NCBI GenBank assembly: GCA_965287045.1
Contig: OZ336876.1
Span: 56,110,001 to 56,174,000 of the forward strand
Direction: 5' to 3'
Source: Carcharhinus amblyrhynchos
Taxonomy: Eukaryota
Length of the DNA stretch: 64,000 nucleotides
The notes under the pieces were generated by a model, which saw only the letters and a program-made list of their open reading frames with translations, did not search any database and was not told the origin of the DNA. This document shows, one piece after another, positions 49,511 through 61,172 of the stretch; the first letter of the stretch is position 1, and every line of letters starts with the position of its first letter. Made by a program: the position numbers and the translations under genes.

Positions 49511-52250
49511 TGCAAAAGATTTTTCGGATCTTTTGTTTAGTCAGTAAATATGAAACAGAATTTCTTAATTAAAAATGCAATTAGTAAAGAGGAAAAGGAG
49601 TGGCTTGCATTTACTAAGGCCTGGGTGTGATATCTCAGCCTTCTGCCATAGCTTGGACTGGAGAAGGACTGGCCCTAAAAATGGTGCCTCTGGGTAGCAT
49701 GCTGGTTCTCCGGCTCCACCCTGACCCCAGGCTATTTTCCTGGAATCAGGATGAGGGACGGTAGAGGTTGCATGTAGCATATAGCCGACATGGCTTGTTT
49801 CAGTTAAGGTCTGATAAAGGAGGTTGATTGGGAACAAGCTCAGCTGCTTGGAGATGGCATCTCAGTGGCAGACTGTGGCCAGGGCTCCAGGCAGACTTTG
49901 AGGCCTGACCTGACTGCTTCGGTGCTGCACAACTACAGGCCATTGTACAGAGGGACTCCTGTTCCTCCCCACACAACAATGGCAGCCTGGCACCCAAATC
50001 CATTTTTTACTTAAATTTTAAAACGGTTGGAGAAAGAACACTTCCATTTTGAAGCAACCTCTCCCTCACTTTTCCTCTGACCTTCCAGCTTCGAGAGCCC
50101 GCCCTCTGGCCATTGATTGTTCACATCCAGGCCAATCTCCCACTGGGAGAGACTGAGAAATTGACTTTCCTATTTCCTCCGTTGCAGAATAAATTCATTA
50201 TTGATTGTACCATATTTTACAACCTGTCACTTACGTGCAAAATATTACTGCAAAGCTGTAGCGCATTGCTACAAGATGTGGATGTTGCCTCAGATATTCT
50301 CCTGCGTACAAGCGTCTGGCCATTCACAAAAGCAGTATGATCATTTTTCACTGGGGGTATGGCTGCACTGTCAAATGTCTAATTGTAAGATAGCGTAACT
50401 CAGTTTAGTGGGAATAGGAACTCCTTATAGTATGTGGTTAAGATGAGATCAGTGAACTGTCATTATGTTGCTATATTTCAGAAAACAGGCAGTAAACCTT
50501 TCAAGCAACTGTAATGATTGGTCTCAATCAGTGTACTTTGCACAAAATAAAAACAGATTGCTATGCTTCCCCACATTGGTGAATAATGTTGCTTGACTTC
50601 AACAAAATAACTTCCATTTATCCTCCTGTACCTAACCTTTTGAGACTGATGAAGACCTGTTCTTAGAGCTTTCTTTAAAAAAAAACCTCAGCGTGTTGCT
50701 ATCCCTGTTTATCTCCCAATGTCAATGATCAGAGAGGAAAGCTCATGTAGGACAAAACCTGCAAAATGCCAAGGCCGGAGAGGCTTCCCAGCCTAAAGGT
50801 ATGAATTCTATGACTCATCTAGAAGGCTGTCAGGAATAAGAGATTATCATTATGAAGAAAAAGTTGGAAATGAACAGAGAAGGTCAAGGGGAAATCTAAT
50901 TAAGGTTTTTAAAATTATTAAAAGGTTTGAAAGGATGCTGATTTTTTTTCTGCTAGTTTGCAGTAATGAAGTGACATTGGGTTATTGCTAGACCAACAGC
51001 TACCAAGTTAAAATAATGTTAATCACACAGAAGAAACACTTTGCCACAAGTGGATAATAGAATCGGATAAGTATTTCTAAAATGAAGGAGGACGAGAGAA
51101 ACTGAACCTAAGAAAAGCATTATTACTAGCGCAGGTGCGATGGGCCAACTGGCTTGCTTCTGAGGTATAATTTCTTTGATTTATCTGTTAGCTTAATGAT
51201 GTGAATGAAAAAGAAATGCCGCCTTGTACTCTGAACATACAGAGCACAGCTGTTGTTCAAAGGAAGTAGTGAGTGTTGAACTAGTGGGAATGTATCATTC
51301 TCTTTGAACCATTAGCAATCAAAAGCAGTATTACAAGGCCTTCAAGAGATTTTGTGAACTCTCTCCTGGAATACCACCACTGTACATAAATAGAAAGTTA
51401 CCTTTGAACAGTGCTGTTCAGACTGTCAACACTGGCAGCTGAACGAATGCAAAGTGCATTGCCAGTGGAACATTGGTACATTTGCAATTTGTGTGGTAGT
51501 TCGAGACGATAGATTTGTACCTGGGCAAGCCAGATTCAGATTCAACAGCATTTTAACTCTATAAAAAAGAATTGTTTTTAACCTTCCCTATGGAGACTTG
51601 AGAGAGTGCTGTAATGAATAAATGAGCATCTCATACGTGTGTATGCAGCATATGAATATTTCTAAAGGGAGTACTGAAACTTTAATGTTAATCAATAGGC
51701 TACATGCTGGAACTCCATCTGGTGAGGCTGGCTTAGTTGCTCTCCAGGTGAATGGTACAAACATCAGAAAAAAAGCACTGACATTAATTATTTTCGAAAG
51801 TACTTTGTAAATAAACCTTGCTTCCTTGATTTACTATTTACCAAACTTTCAAGTTCAAAATTTGACTTGGGTGCTGATTTAGTCATAATTTGATAAATGA
51901 AAAATATGATTACGAATCTTTTGGATTTGCCAGAATGAATCACATGTAGAAACATAAGATGCATTTGGGGGTGGGTGTGGAGGTGGGGAGAAAGTGGGAC
52001 AGAAAAATGCATTGTGCTGGTTGTCTGTGTTCCAACCTCCTCTCATTATTTCCAAAGATGCCTTACATTTTTAAAAATACTTTCTCAGGATGTGGGTATT
52101 GCCGGCTTGATCATCATTTATTGCTCGTCCCTTATTGCCCTTGTGCAAATGGTGGTGACCTGCCTTCTTAAGTTGCTGTAGTCCATATGGTATAGGTACA
52201 CCCACAGTGCTGTTAGGAAGGGAGTAGCAGGATTTTAACCTATGACAGTA

Positions 52251-52584
52251 GGTTAGCAGTGGACAGCACAGTGGCACAATGGACAGCATGGCTGTCTCAC
52301 AGCGCCAGGGACCCGGGTTTGATTCCCGGCTTGAGTCACTGTCTGTGTGGAGTTTGCACGTTCTCCTCATGTCTGCATGAGTTTCCTTCGGGTACTCTGG
52401 TTTCCTCCCACAGTCCAAAGATGTTCAGGTTAGGTAGATTGGCCATGCTAAATTGCCCCTTGGTGTTAGGAGGACTAGCAAGGGTGAATGCATGGGAGTA
52501 TGTGGATAGGGCCTGAGTAGGAGTGTGGTCGGTGCAGACTTGATGGGCCAAATGGCTTACTTTCTGCACTGTAGGATTCTATGA
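52251..52584 (+). mobile_element. HE1-like V-SINE with 11-bp target-site duplication
   Basis: TSD CTATGACAGTA at 52240-52250 and 52579-52589; clear A/B-box-like head and V-domain. Confidence 0.93.
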
Positions 52585-52604
52585 CAGTAAAGGAACAACA
52601 ATAT

Positions 52605-54267
52605 TTTTTTGAGGGGGTGACAAAAACGGTTGACGATGGACGAGCCGTTGATGTCATCTATATGGATTTCAGTAAGGCATTTGACAAAGTCCCTCACGGT
52701 AGGCTGGTAGAAAAGGTTAAGGCACATGGGATACAAGGACAGGTAGCTAGATGGATTGAAAACTGGCTGGGCAACAGGAGACAGAGAGTAGTAGTGAAAG
52801 GGTCCTTTTCTGGCTGGAGGTCAGTCACCACTGGTGTGCCACAGGGCTCAGTACTGGGACCTCTTCTCTTTGTAATATATATAAACGACTTGGAAGAGGG
52901 CGTACGTGGTGTGATCAGCAAGTTTGCAGATGACACGAAGATGGCAGGTTTGGCGGATACTGAAGCGGACTGTCAGGTGACACGGCAAGATATAGATAGG
53001 TTGGTATACTGGGCAGATAGATGGCAGATGGAATTTAATCCTGACAAATGCGAGGTGATGCATTTTGGAAGGAATAATGCAGGGAGGAGTTACACGATAA
53101 AAGGTAGACCAATTAAAAGTATAGAAATACAGAGGGACCTGGGAGTGCAGGTGCACAAGTCTCTGAAGGTGTCAACACAGGTAGGGAAGGTTGTGAAGAA
53201 AGCTTATGGAATGCTAGCCTTTATAGGAAGGGGTGTAGAGTATAAGAGCTGTCGTCTAATGCTTCTGTTGTACAGAACGTTGGTTAGACCGCATTTGGAG
53301 TACTGTGTCCAGTTCTGGTCACCTTACTACCGGAAGGACCTGGAGACCCTGGAAAGAGTGCAGAGGAGGTTTTACCAGGATGCTGCCTGGTATGGAAGGA
53401 CTGAGTTACGAGGAAAGATTGGAAAAACTGGGGCTCTTCTCCTTAGAAAGATGGAGATTAAGGGGGGATCTGATAGAGGTGTATAAAATAATGAAGGGAA
53501 TAGATAGAGTCAACAGTGGCAGGCTTTTCCCTAGATTGGGGACAACTATTACGAGAGGTCACAATCTAAGGGTGAGGGAGGAGAAGTATAATTTGGATAT
53601 GAGAGGAAGGTTTTTCACGCAGAGGGTCGTGGGGGTATGGAACGCGCTACCAAGTAAGGTGGTGGAGGCAGGCACGTTGGACTTGTTTAAGGTTTACTTA
53701 GATAGACACATGAGTGAAACAGGGATGGAGGGTTATAGAAGAGGTATTAAAAAGGGTCAGAGCCTCGGGATGACACTGGAAATGTAATCCTACATGTTAA
53801 TGTTTTGTCTCTTTTAATCCACAGGTGTCGGTCCAACTTGTTGTCAAACGAGGGGCATGCACACGGTGGGTCGTGCGTGGGCTGCTCTTGGAGGTTTCGA
53901 GAGTGGCCTAGTACTTCGTGTCGTTGTGTGTGCTTAATCCTGGACCAGCAGACGGGCACCACAACAGCTCAGTGACTATCACTGCTAGCTGTGCAGATAC
54001 ATGGATTTGGGCCTGTGTCTGTGGGAGTTTGCGCATTCTCCCTGTGGTTGTGTGGGTTTCCTCCCACACCCCAAAGATGTGCTCTTAGGCTGATTGGTGT
54101 ACCAAATTGACCCTACACTATTCTCCCCTGGATCTGGCTACATTAGGGTTACCATTTAGATACACACGGGGCAGGGTAGGTGTAGGAAAATGCTTTGTTG
54201 AAATGGCGGTGCGGGCTCGTTGGGCTGAAGGGCCTGTTTCCCATGCTGGGTTGTTCTTTGTTCTTTG
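52605..54267 (+). mobile_element. Young 5'-truncated CR1 LINE with extended 3' UTR
   Basis: RT reading frame open from 52605 to 53787 apart from one frameshift near 53370; tail GGGCTGAAGGGCCTGTTTCC...TTGTTCTTTGTTCTTTG. Confidence 0.95.
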
Positions 54268-56058
54268 TATCTTTCCAAGCGGCGGTGAGAGACTTGGAGG
54301 GGAGCTTCCAGGAATGGTGTGCCCAGGTATCTGCTGTCATTGTCCTTTTAGGTGCTTGAAGTTGTGAGTTTGGAAGCCACTGTTGGAGATGTCTTGGTGA
54401 ATTGCTGCATGGCATCTTGTAGATGGTACACAATGTTGCTACTGTGCATTGATGGTGGAGGGACTGAATGTTGAGTGTGGTGAATGGGGTGCCAATCAAG
54501 TGGGCTGCTTTGTCCTGGATGATATCAAGTTTCTTCAGTGTTTTTGGAGTTTCATTCATCCATCACATTCCTAACTTGTGCCTTTGTGGATGGCGAATTC
54601 CCAGCCTCTGACCTGGTCTTGTAGCCACAGTATTTATATGGCTAGTCCAGTTCAGCTCCTGGTCACTAGTAAGCTGCAGGATGTTGATAGTGGGAGGCAG
54701 GGGCATTGGGGGGGTGGGGTGGGGGACGGGGCGGTGGTGCTTCAGTATCTGAGGAGCCCTGAGTACTAAACACTGTGTCATCTTCAGTGAAAATCCTAAT
54801 TCTGACCTTGTGATAGAGAAAATGTCATTGATGAAGCAGCTGAAGGTGGTTGGGCCTGAAAATACTGCCCTGAGTAACTCCTTCAGCAATGTCCTGGGAT
54901 TGAACTCCAACAACCATAGCCTTTCTTTATGCTGCTTGGTAAAACTCCAATCAGTGGAGAGTCTTCACTGGATTTCCATTGCCTTCAGTTTTGCTCGGGC
55001 TCCTTACGTCACCCTCGGTCAGATGATGCCATGTTGCCAAGAACAGTCACTGTCCCCTTGCCTCAGGTCTTTTGTCCATTACCACACTAAGGCTGTCCTA
55101 AGGTCTGTAGCTGAGTCATCCTGGCAGAACGCAATATGAGTAACCTTGTGTGTAGGTACTGTGTAAGTGCCACTTGATTGCACTTGATTGATTTTTGATG
55201 ACACCTTCCATAACTTTGCTGGAGTGAAACGGTGCAGTGATTGCTGGATGAATTTGTCCAAGACATACCTGGATAATTTTCTACAATGCTTGAAAGATGC
55301 CAGTGTTGTAGCTGTACTGGGATAGCTTGGCTAGATGTGCAGCTCGTTCTAGAGCACACGTTTTCAGTGCTATTTCCAGAATGTTGTCAGGATCCATAGT
55401 CTTTATTTACTGTATTCAGAACTTTCAGCCATTTTTGATATCATGTGGAGTGAATAGAATTGACTGAAGACTAACATATGTGATGCTGGAGGCCTCAGGA
55501 AGAGGCCAAAATGGATTATCTGTTCAACACATATGCTGAAAATTGTTGCAAATGCTTTAACCTTGTCTTGTTATGCTGGGCTCCCCCACTGTTGACGATG
55601 GGGATGTTTGTGGAGACTCTTTCTCCATTAATTGTTTAATTGTCCACCTCCATTCATGACTAGATATAGTAGGACTGTAGATCTGATCTATTTTTTGTGG
55701 GATTACTTTGCTCTCTTTATTGCATGCTGTTTCTGCTGTTTGGTATGGAAGTAGTCCCTTGATGAAATCTCATTTTTAGGTATGCCTCACACTGCTCCTG
55801 GCATGCATTCCTGCTCTGTTAAATAAACCAGGGTTGATCCCCTGGTTTAGTGGTAATGGTAGAGTGGGGGATATGCCAGACCATAAGGTTATAGATTGTG
55901 GTTGAATGCAATTCTGCTGTTGCTGATGGCCCACAGTTTGTCACATGAATTCCCAGTTTTGAATTTGCAACATCTGTTCAAAATCTATCCCATTTATCAT
56001 GATGATGGTGCTACACAACACAAAAGAGGGTATCCTCATAAATGAAGGTGGTCACTCC

Positions 56059-57080
56059 TAGAACAAAGAAAAGTACAGCACAGGAACAGGCCCTTCTGCC
56101 CTCCAACCTGTGCCAATCATGATGTCCTAACTAAACTTAAAAAATCCCTTCTGTCCTTACTCGATCCATATCCCTCTATTCCCTGCCTTTTCACGTGACC
56201 ATCCAGATGCTCTTAAATATTGCTAATGTGCCTCCTTCCACCACCACCTCTGGCAGTGCATTCCAGATATCCACCAGTCTCTGTGAAAAACTTCCCTTGC
56301 ACATCTTCCTTAAACTTTTCTTCTCTCACCTTAAACCTGTGCCTCCTTGTAATTGACACTTTCACTCCTGGAAAAAACTCTGACTACCCACCCTGTCTAT
56401 GCCTCTCATAATTTTATAGACCTCTATTGGGTCTCCCCTCAGCCTTTGTCTTTCCAGTGAAAACAATCCTCGTTTATTCAACCTTTCCTCATAGCCAACG
56501 AGACCAGGCAGCATCCTGGTGAACCTTCTTTGCACTTTCTCCAAAGCTTCCATGTCCTTCTGGTTGTGTGATGACCAGAACTATAAGCAATACTCCAAAT
56601 GCAGTCTAACCGAGATTTTATATAGCTGCAACATGATTTTCCAATTCTTGTACTCAATGCCTCCCACTGATGAAGGCAAGCGTGCATTCATCCTGGCTCG
56701 GTAGCCAGGATATGCTTTCCTGGCTACTGGTGTTGCCACTTCTTGGGAACTGTGGCCCTGCATGCCCAGATCCCTCTGTATATTAATATTCCTAAGGGTT
56801 CTACATTTACAATATAATTCACACCTAAATTTGATCCTCCATAACACATCACCTCACATTTGTCCAGATTAAACTCCATCTGACATATCTGTGCCCAAGT
56901 CTCCAATCTATCTATATTCTGTTTTATCCTCTAATAGTCCCTGCCACTATCAGCAATTCCACCAACCTTCGTGTCATCTGCAAACTTACTAATCAGCCCA
57001 CCCACATTTTCCTCCAGATCATTTATATATACAACAAACAAAAGAGGTCCCAGCACTGATCCCTGCGGAACGCCTCTAAC
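56059..57080 (-). mobile_element. 5'-truncated CR1 LINE
   Basis: TAGAACAAAGAAAAGTACAGCACAGGAACAGGCCC tail; LEKVQRRFTRMLPG and QMEFNLDKCEVM peptides. Confidence 0.93.
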
Positions 57081-57379
57081 TATCCCTTATCAATGCTATT
57101 ACTGATAAATGCATCTGCAGCAAGTACATTGGTGAGGATGTGTGATGTTAACCACCAAGCAGTTACTGAACCCAATTAACCTTGTGGTTTCTGAGACAAT
57201 GCAATTTTGATAATGTTGCATGGTTTCCATGCTTTGACAGGTGTTAATCAGTGCAGGCGATCCCACAACACATGGTTGGAACAGCATTAAAATAAAATGA
57301 AATTTGACCACGTAATGGTATAAAACTGAGGGCATCTGCAGACAGAGGTTTGTCATTGCAAGAGCAAGAGATTGCTGTC

Positions 57380-58400
57380 TCAGACAGTGCTCGAGGAACT
57401 CCTGAACTAGCCGTGCCTCTAACCAAACTGTTCCAGTACAACTACAGTAGTGGCATTGGGCCAACAAAGTGGAAAGTTGCTCAATATGCGCTGTCCACAA
57501 AAAGCAGGGCAAATCCAATCTGCCCAATTATCACTCCATCAAGGTGAAGGAAGGAGTTGTGGCTGGTGCTTTCAAGCAACACCTCCTCATCAAAAACTTG
57601 CTCACTTTGCCAGGAATACTCTGATCCAGATCTTACTATAGCCTTTGTTCAAACATGGAGGGCCAAAGGGCCTGTTCCTGAATTCCTGAGGTGGTGGTGA
57701 CTTCCCGTGACATCAAAGCAGTATTTGACAGAGAGAAAATGCTGAAAAATCTCAGCAAGTCTGGCAGCATCTGTGAAGCAAGAAAAAAGCTGACGTTTTG
57801 AGTCCAGATAACCCTTTGTCAAAGCTAAAAGGCATAGAAAGTGGGAGATATTTATACTGCAGGGTTGGTGAATGAAAAATGAGTCGTAGCTATAGAAACC
57901 AGGGGAAAAGACTGCTAATGGCTCTCCACAGAGAGAATAACAGGTGTGAATGGCCAAATGGCAGAGAAGCTGTAAGCTGTGACAGATAAAGATATTGGGG
58001 AAAGGGGGGTGGTGAAAGATGGGACAGGTAGAAGGGGAAGTGGAAGGAGAGAAAAGGCAAGGGAAGGGGGATGAAGTAGGAGGAAAGAGTGAGGGGAGGG
58101 GGGAGAAGAATGAAGAAAGACAATAAAGAAATAAAACTTAAAGAACAGTACAAAATTAAATAAAATAGAATGAAAACAAAGGGAGCCAAGATGGGGTAGA
58201 GCAAATCATCTGAAGTTGTGGAATTCGATGTTGAGATCAAAAGGCCTAACCGGAAGACTTGACTGTTTATGGCATCAAGGCGCTCGAGCAAATTGACGTC
58301 AATGAGAATCAGGGGAAGCTCTCTACTGTTTCGATTCATACCTAGAAGAAAGCAAGATGGTTGTGGTTGTTTAGACTCAGTCACAGGATCAAGGGCTTTA
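57380..58400 (+). mobile_element. CR1/L2-group LINE fragment interrupted by a Penelope-like element
   Basis: PELAVPLTKLFQYNYSSGIGPTKWKVA peptide; the host resumes at about 58270 (GGCATCAAGG). Confidence 0.7.
57727..58265 (-). mobile_element. Penelope-like element 3' region
   Basis: Minus-strand QVFRLGLLISTSNS (similar to the Penelope C-terminal FRLG...N.EF motif), a pyrimidine-rich UTR, and a degenerate hammerhead core at about 57788-57826. Confidence 0.75.
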
Positions 58401-59659
58401 TTTAAGTTGATTTCACAGTTTACAACTCATTGTTTTAACATACTGCTTTTGGTGAGAAGTTATCTTGACTTGCAGCTATTTCTCATTAGAACCTGCATTA
58501 TTGTCTCTTAGAAGGAGAATTACAGGTTTTCTGCAAAGACCCTCCAATGTCTTCTGGTATATACTACTCTTTACTGTAGGAATTCAATGTCTGTTTGTTT
58601 TGTGCTTTTCTTTTTATTATGCAGCATAATTTTATGGCTTAAAGGACAATTCATTGCAAAGTACCTTGCCTATAAAATGTTTACAAAAATGCTTCTCAAC
58701 TAATGGTATGTATTTTAATTGTCCATTTTATGTGTAAATAACCTTCGCTCAGCTGTATCTTTCTAGGCTCTCTGTATCTGCTGTACTTGTGCTCAGTGAC
58801 TGTAATTTACAACCCATTGTGTTACAATTGCAATAGGTGACTGGATCATTTCCAGATAATTATACCATGTAGTTGAAGCAAAGATTTCTGATATGCAAAC
58901 GTTATTTTTGCATTAGAAATTACAAGGGAAACACTTCCCAGCCCACAAAGCAAAGACCTGGGCACATCCACTCCCCAGTCGTGTGATTTTTTTCCCCCCC
59001 AAACCCGATACATATGGGGCTCCCCACATGGTCTGTCCTTGTCACTGCCATCCTGATGTTGTCAGTTTGGCATTGCCATGTCCCTCACCATCTGGAGGCC
59101 ATATTTGCCTCTGGAGTGGCCATTAAGATTGGATTTTGTTTTTGAAAATTAGTCGTGATCACTTACATTTATAATGGCCTTATATGGCAGGCTACCTTTT
59201 AATTCAATTATTTGCGTTTCTTACCTTGGCATTTCATTCGAATCAGGCACCACATTTCACATACCCATAGCTAAGGCAATATTCTCCCATATCCGATTAA
59301 TCTCAGATTATTAGCGCAATGCCACTCTGCAGAACAGTGTTTTTCTTGTCCTTATCCTATCAACCATGACCTGCAGATATTGTAAATCGTACTGCCTGCC
59401 GTTTGCTGAGCCCTTCCATTTCTCCCAGAAATTATGCATTTGATGGCAAAATCAGGTCATAAGTGTCTATTTACCCAGTCAAGTGGCATTCTTGCTGGTG
59501 CTTCCAGATTTACCACTCAGCTGTGTGTTTTGTTGTAATGCCCTTCAATTGATGTAATATATTCCTGAGGCTGCAAAAGAAAATCGGCATTTTTATCATT
59601 TCCTTTTCAGGTAGTGTTTGCACACCAAGGAATTTCCATCTCACGTATCTGTCAAGCTA

Positions 59660-60360
59660 CTAGACCATGAACTAGGCTTTTCCCAAAATTGCATGGCGTG
59701 TTGGATCAGGTGAGGAAAGTTGTGTGAAACTCCCCGGCTTCACAGATGCCTTTTCTCACCTGATTAAACAGCACTGTGTGCAACTTCTGAGTGCTGGTGA
59801 GGATCACGCAGCAAGTTGGCAGGGTGCAGGACAAAGCACACCAGCAACACCAGAAACCAGGATGCTGAGATAGAGCGCACCGATCTCAAATATCATTCTC
59901 TTCTCTTGCCAAATGGGGATCAACATTTCCTGGCGGACAAGGGAAACACCTCCCAAACCCCTGCCCACAAAGCAAAGACCTGGGCATCCCATTGGTGTGA
60001 TTTTTTTCCCCCCCCACTATACCCGACACGTAAGGGGGTCCTCACAGGATCTGCCCTTGGTACTGCCACCCTGATGTTGTCAGTTTGGCATTGCCATGTC
60101 CCTCACCACCTGGAGGCTATATTTGCCTCTGGAGTGGTCATCAAGATTGGATTTTGTTTTTGAAAACCAGTTGTGATTCGTGCTGGTGTGACATCATGGA
60201 GGCTGGGTAGGAGGATAAAGCGAGGGCAAACATTAGGGTATCAGTGCTAGTAAGTAGCATGAACCTGATCGCATCACTGGCGGGGGCAATTGGGGAAAAT
60301 CTCAGACTCCGATCTCGTTGGAGCAAATCCTGTTTTTGGCTGCTCATGCGAATTAGCAAC
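59660..60360. mobile_element. MITE-like element with internal dyads
   Basis: Hairpin TGTTGGATCAGGTGAGGAAAG ... CTTTTCTCACCTGATTAAACA (about 59699-59770); GC-richer block. Confidence 0.45.
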
Positions 60361-61172
60361 CATTACAGGATTTGCATCCATGGACAACAGGGCTGGACGC
60401 CTGTCATTTTTTGCAGAAAGCTGTGACTCAGCGATAGATTTATGGAATGTTGGAAAATTATGGAACTGAGCCTTAGCTGAAATTTTGCATTTCTTCCATT
60501 GAAAGGAAGAATGACTTTGTTAACATGAATGGTGCAGAGGGTTATAAAACCAAGAATACTCATCAAATTAGGTAACTGATTCCTACACAATGACATCCAA
60601 TACAACCCCATCATGAAACAAACAAGCAAACTGGCCAGTGGCATTTCCCCCCTCCTGTTATTTCATGGGTAATCACCGAGAAAAGGCAGAACTCATTGTA
60701 TTTATGAAATGACAGCTGCAAAGTGAGGAGAGTTTCTCTCCAATCTGTCTCTATAGCAGATGCTTTCATTGAGTTTTGTTATCTTGATCTGTCAGTTCAG
60801 GATTACAGCTGCTTTGGTGTGTTAATTCTCAAACTGACTTGAATATTCAGGCTTTCAGTGTTCAAGGGGGAGAAATGTGTCTGCGAAGGACCACTTCAAT
60901 GAATTGATGTCATGTGGGCCAACCACATTGCGACCCACAGCACTGCCTGCCCGAGGGGAGTTGAGTTAGCCTGTGTAGTGCCGTTAGAATCCCTCCACAT
61001 GTTGCCTTGGGTGCTGATTTAGTATATTCCAAATTATTGATGAAATTTGGAGTGAAGCATTCAAGAAACAAGAAAATCCATGGTCTCCAAGCTCCCAATT
61101 TTATATTAAGAGAAAATATTTCAAATGTGTCTTCCAACTTTTATTGTCTTCCTTTTCCATAGTTCTCCCAAT

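Larger units (their letters stand above)
52066..56055 (-). mobile_element. Long decayed CR1/L2-group LINE hosting two younger insertions
   Basis: Tail at about 52070 (GGATGTGGG...CATTTATTGCTCGTCCCT); the sequence resumes at 54268 with KKLDIIQDKAAHLIG and ELNWTSHINTVAT peptides. Confidence 0.8.

Noticed and set aside
57890-58384. 164-aa hydrophobic ORF as a membrane protein
   Set aside because: It is translation of the pyrimidine-rich Penelope UTR and crosses an element junction.
58767-58845. Possible small phase-1 exon (TTTCTAG ... AG|GTGACT)
   Set aside because: The frame is open but the peptide is unrecognisable and the donor is weak; not distinguishable from chance.
59611-59665. Strong acceptor TTTCCTTTTCAG as exon 2
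   Set aside because: The phase-1 frame reaches a stop within about 18 codons and runs into a MITE-like element.
58922-60177. Paired LTRs of a small LTR element
   Set aside because: No TG...CA termini, PBS, PPT or TSD seen; retained only as a local duplication.
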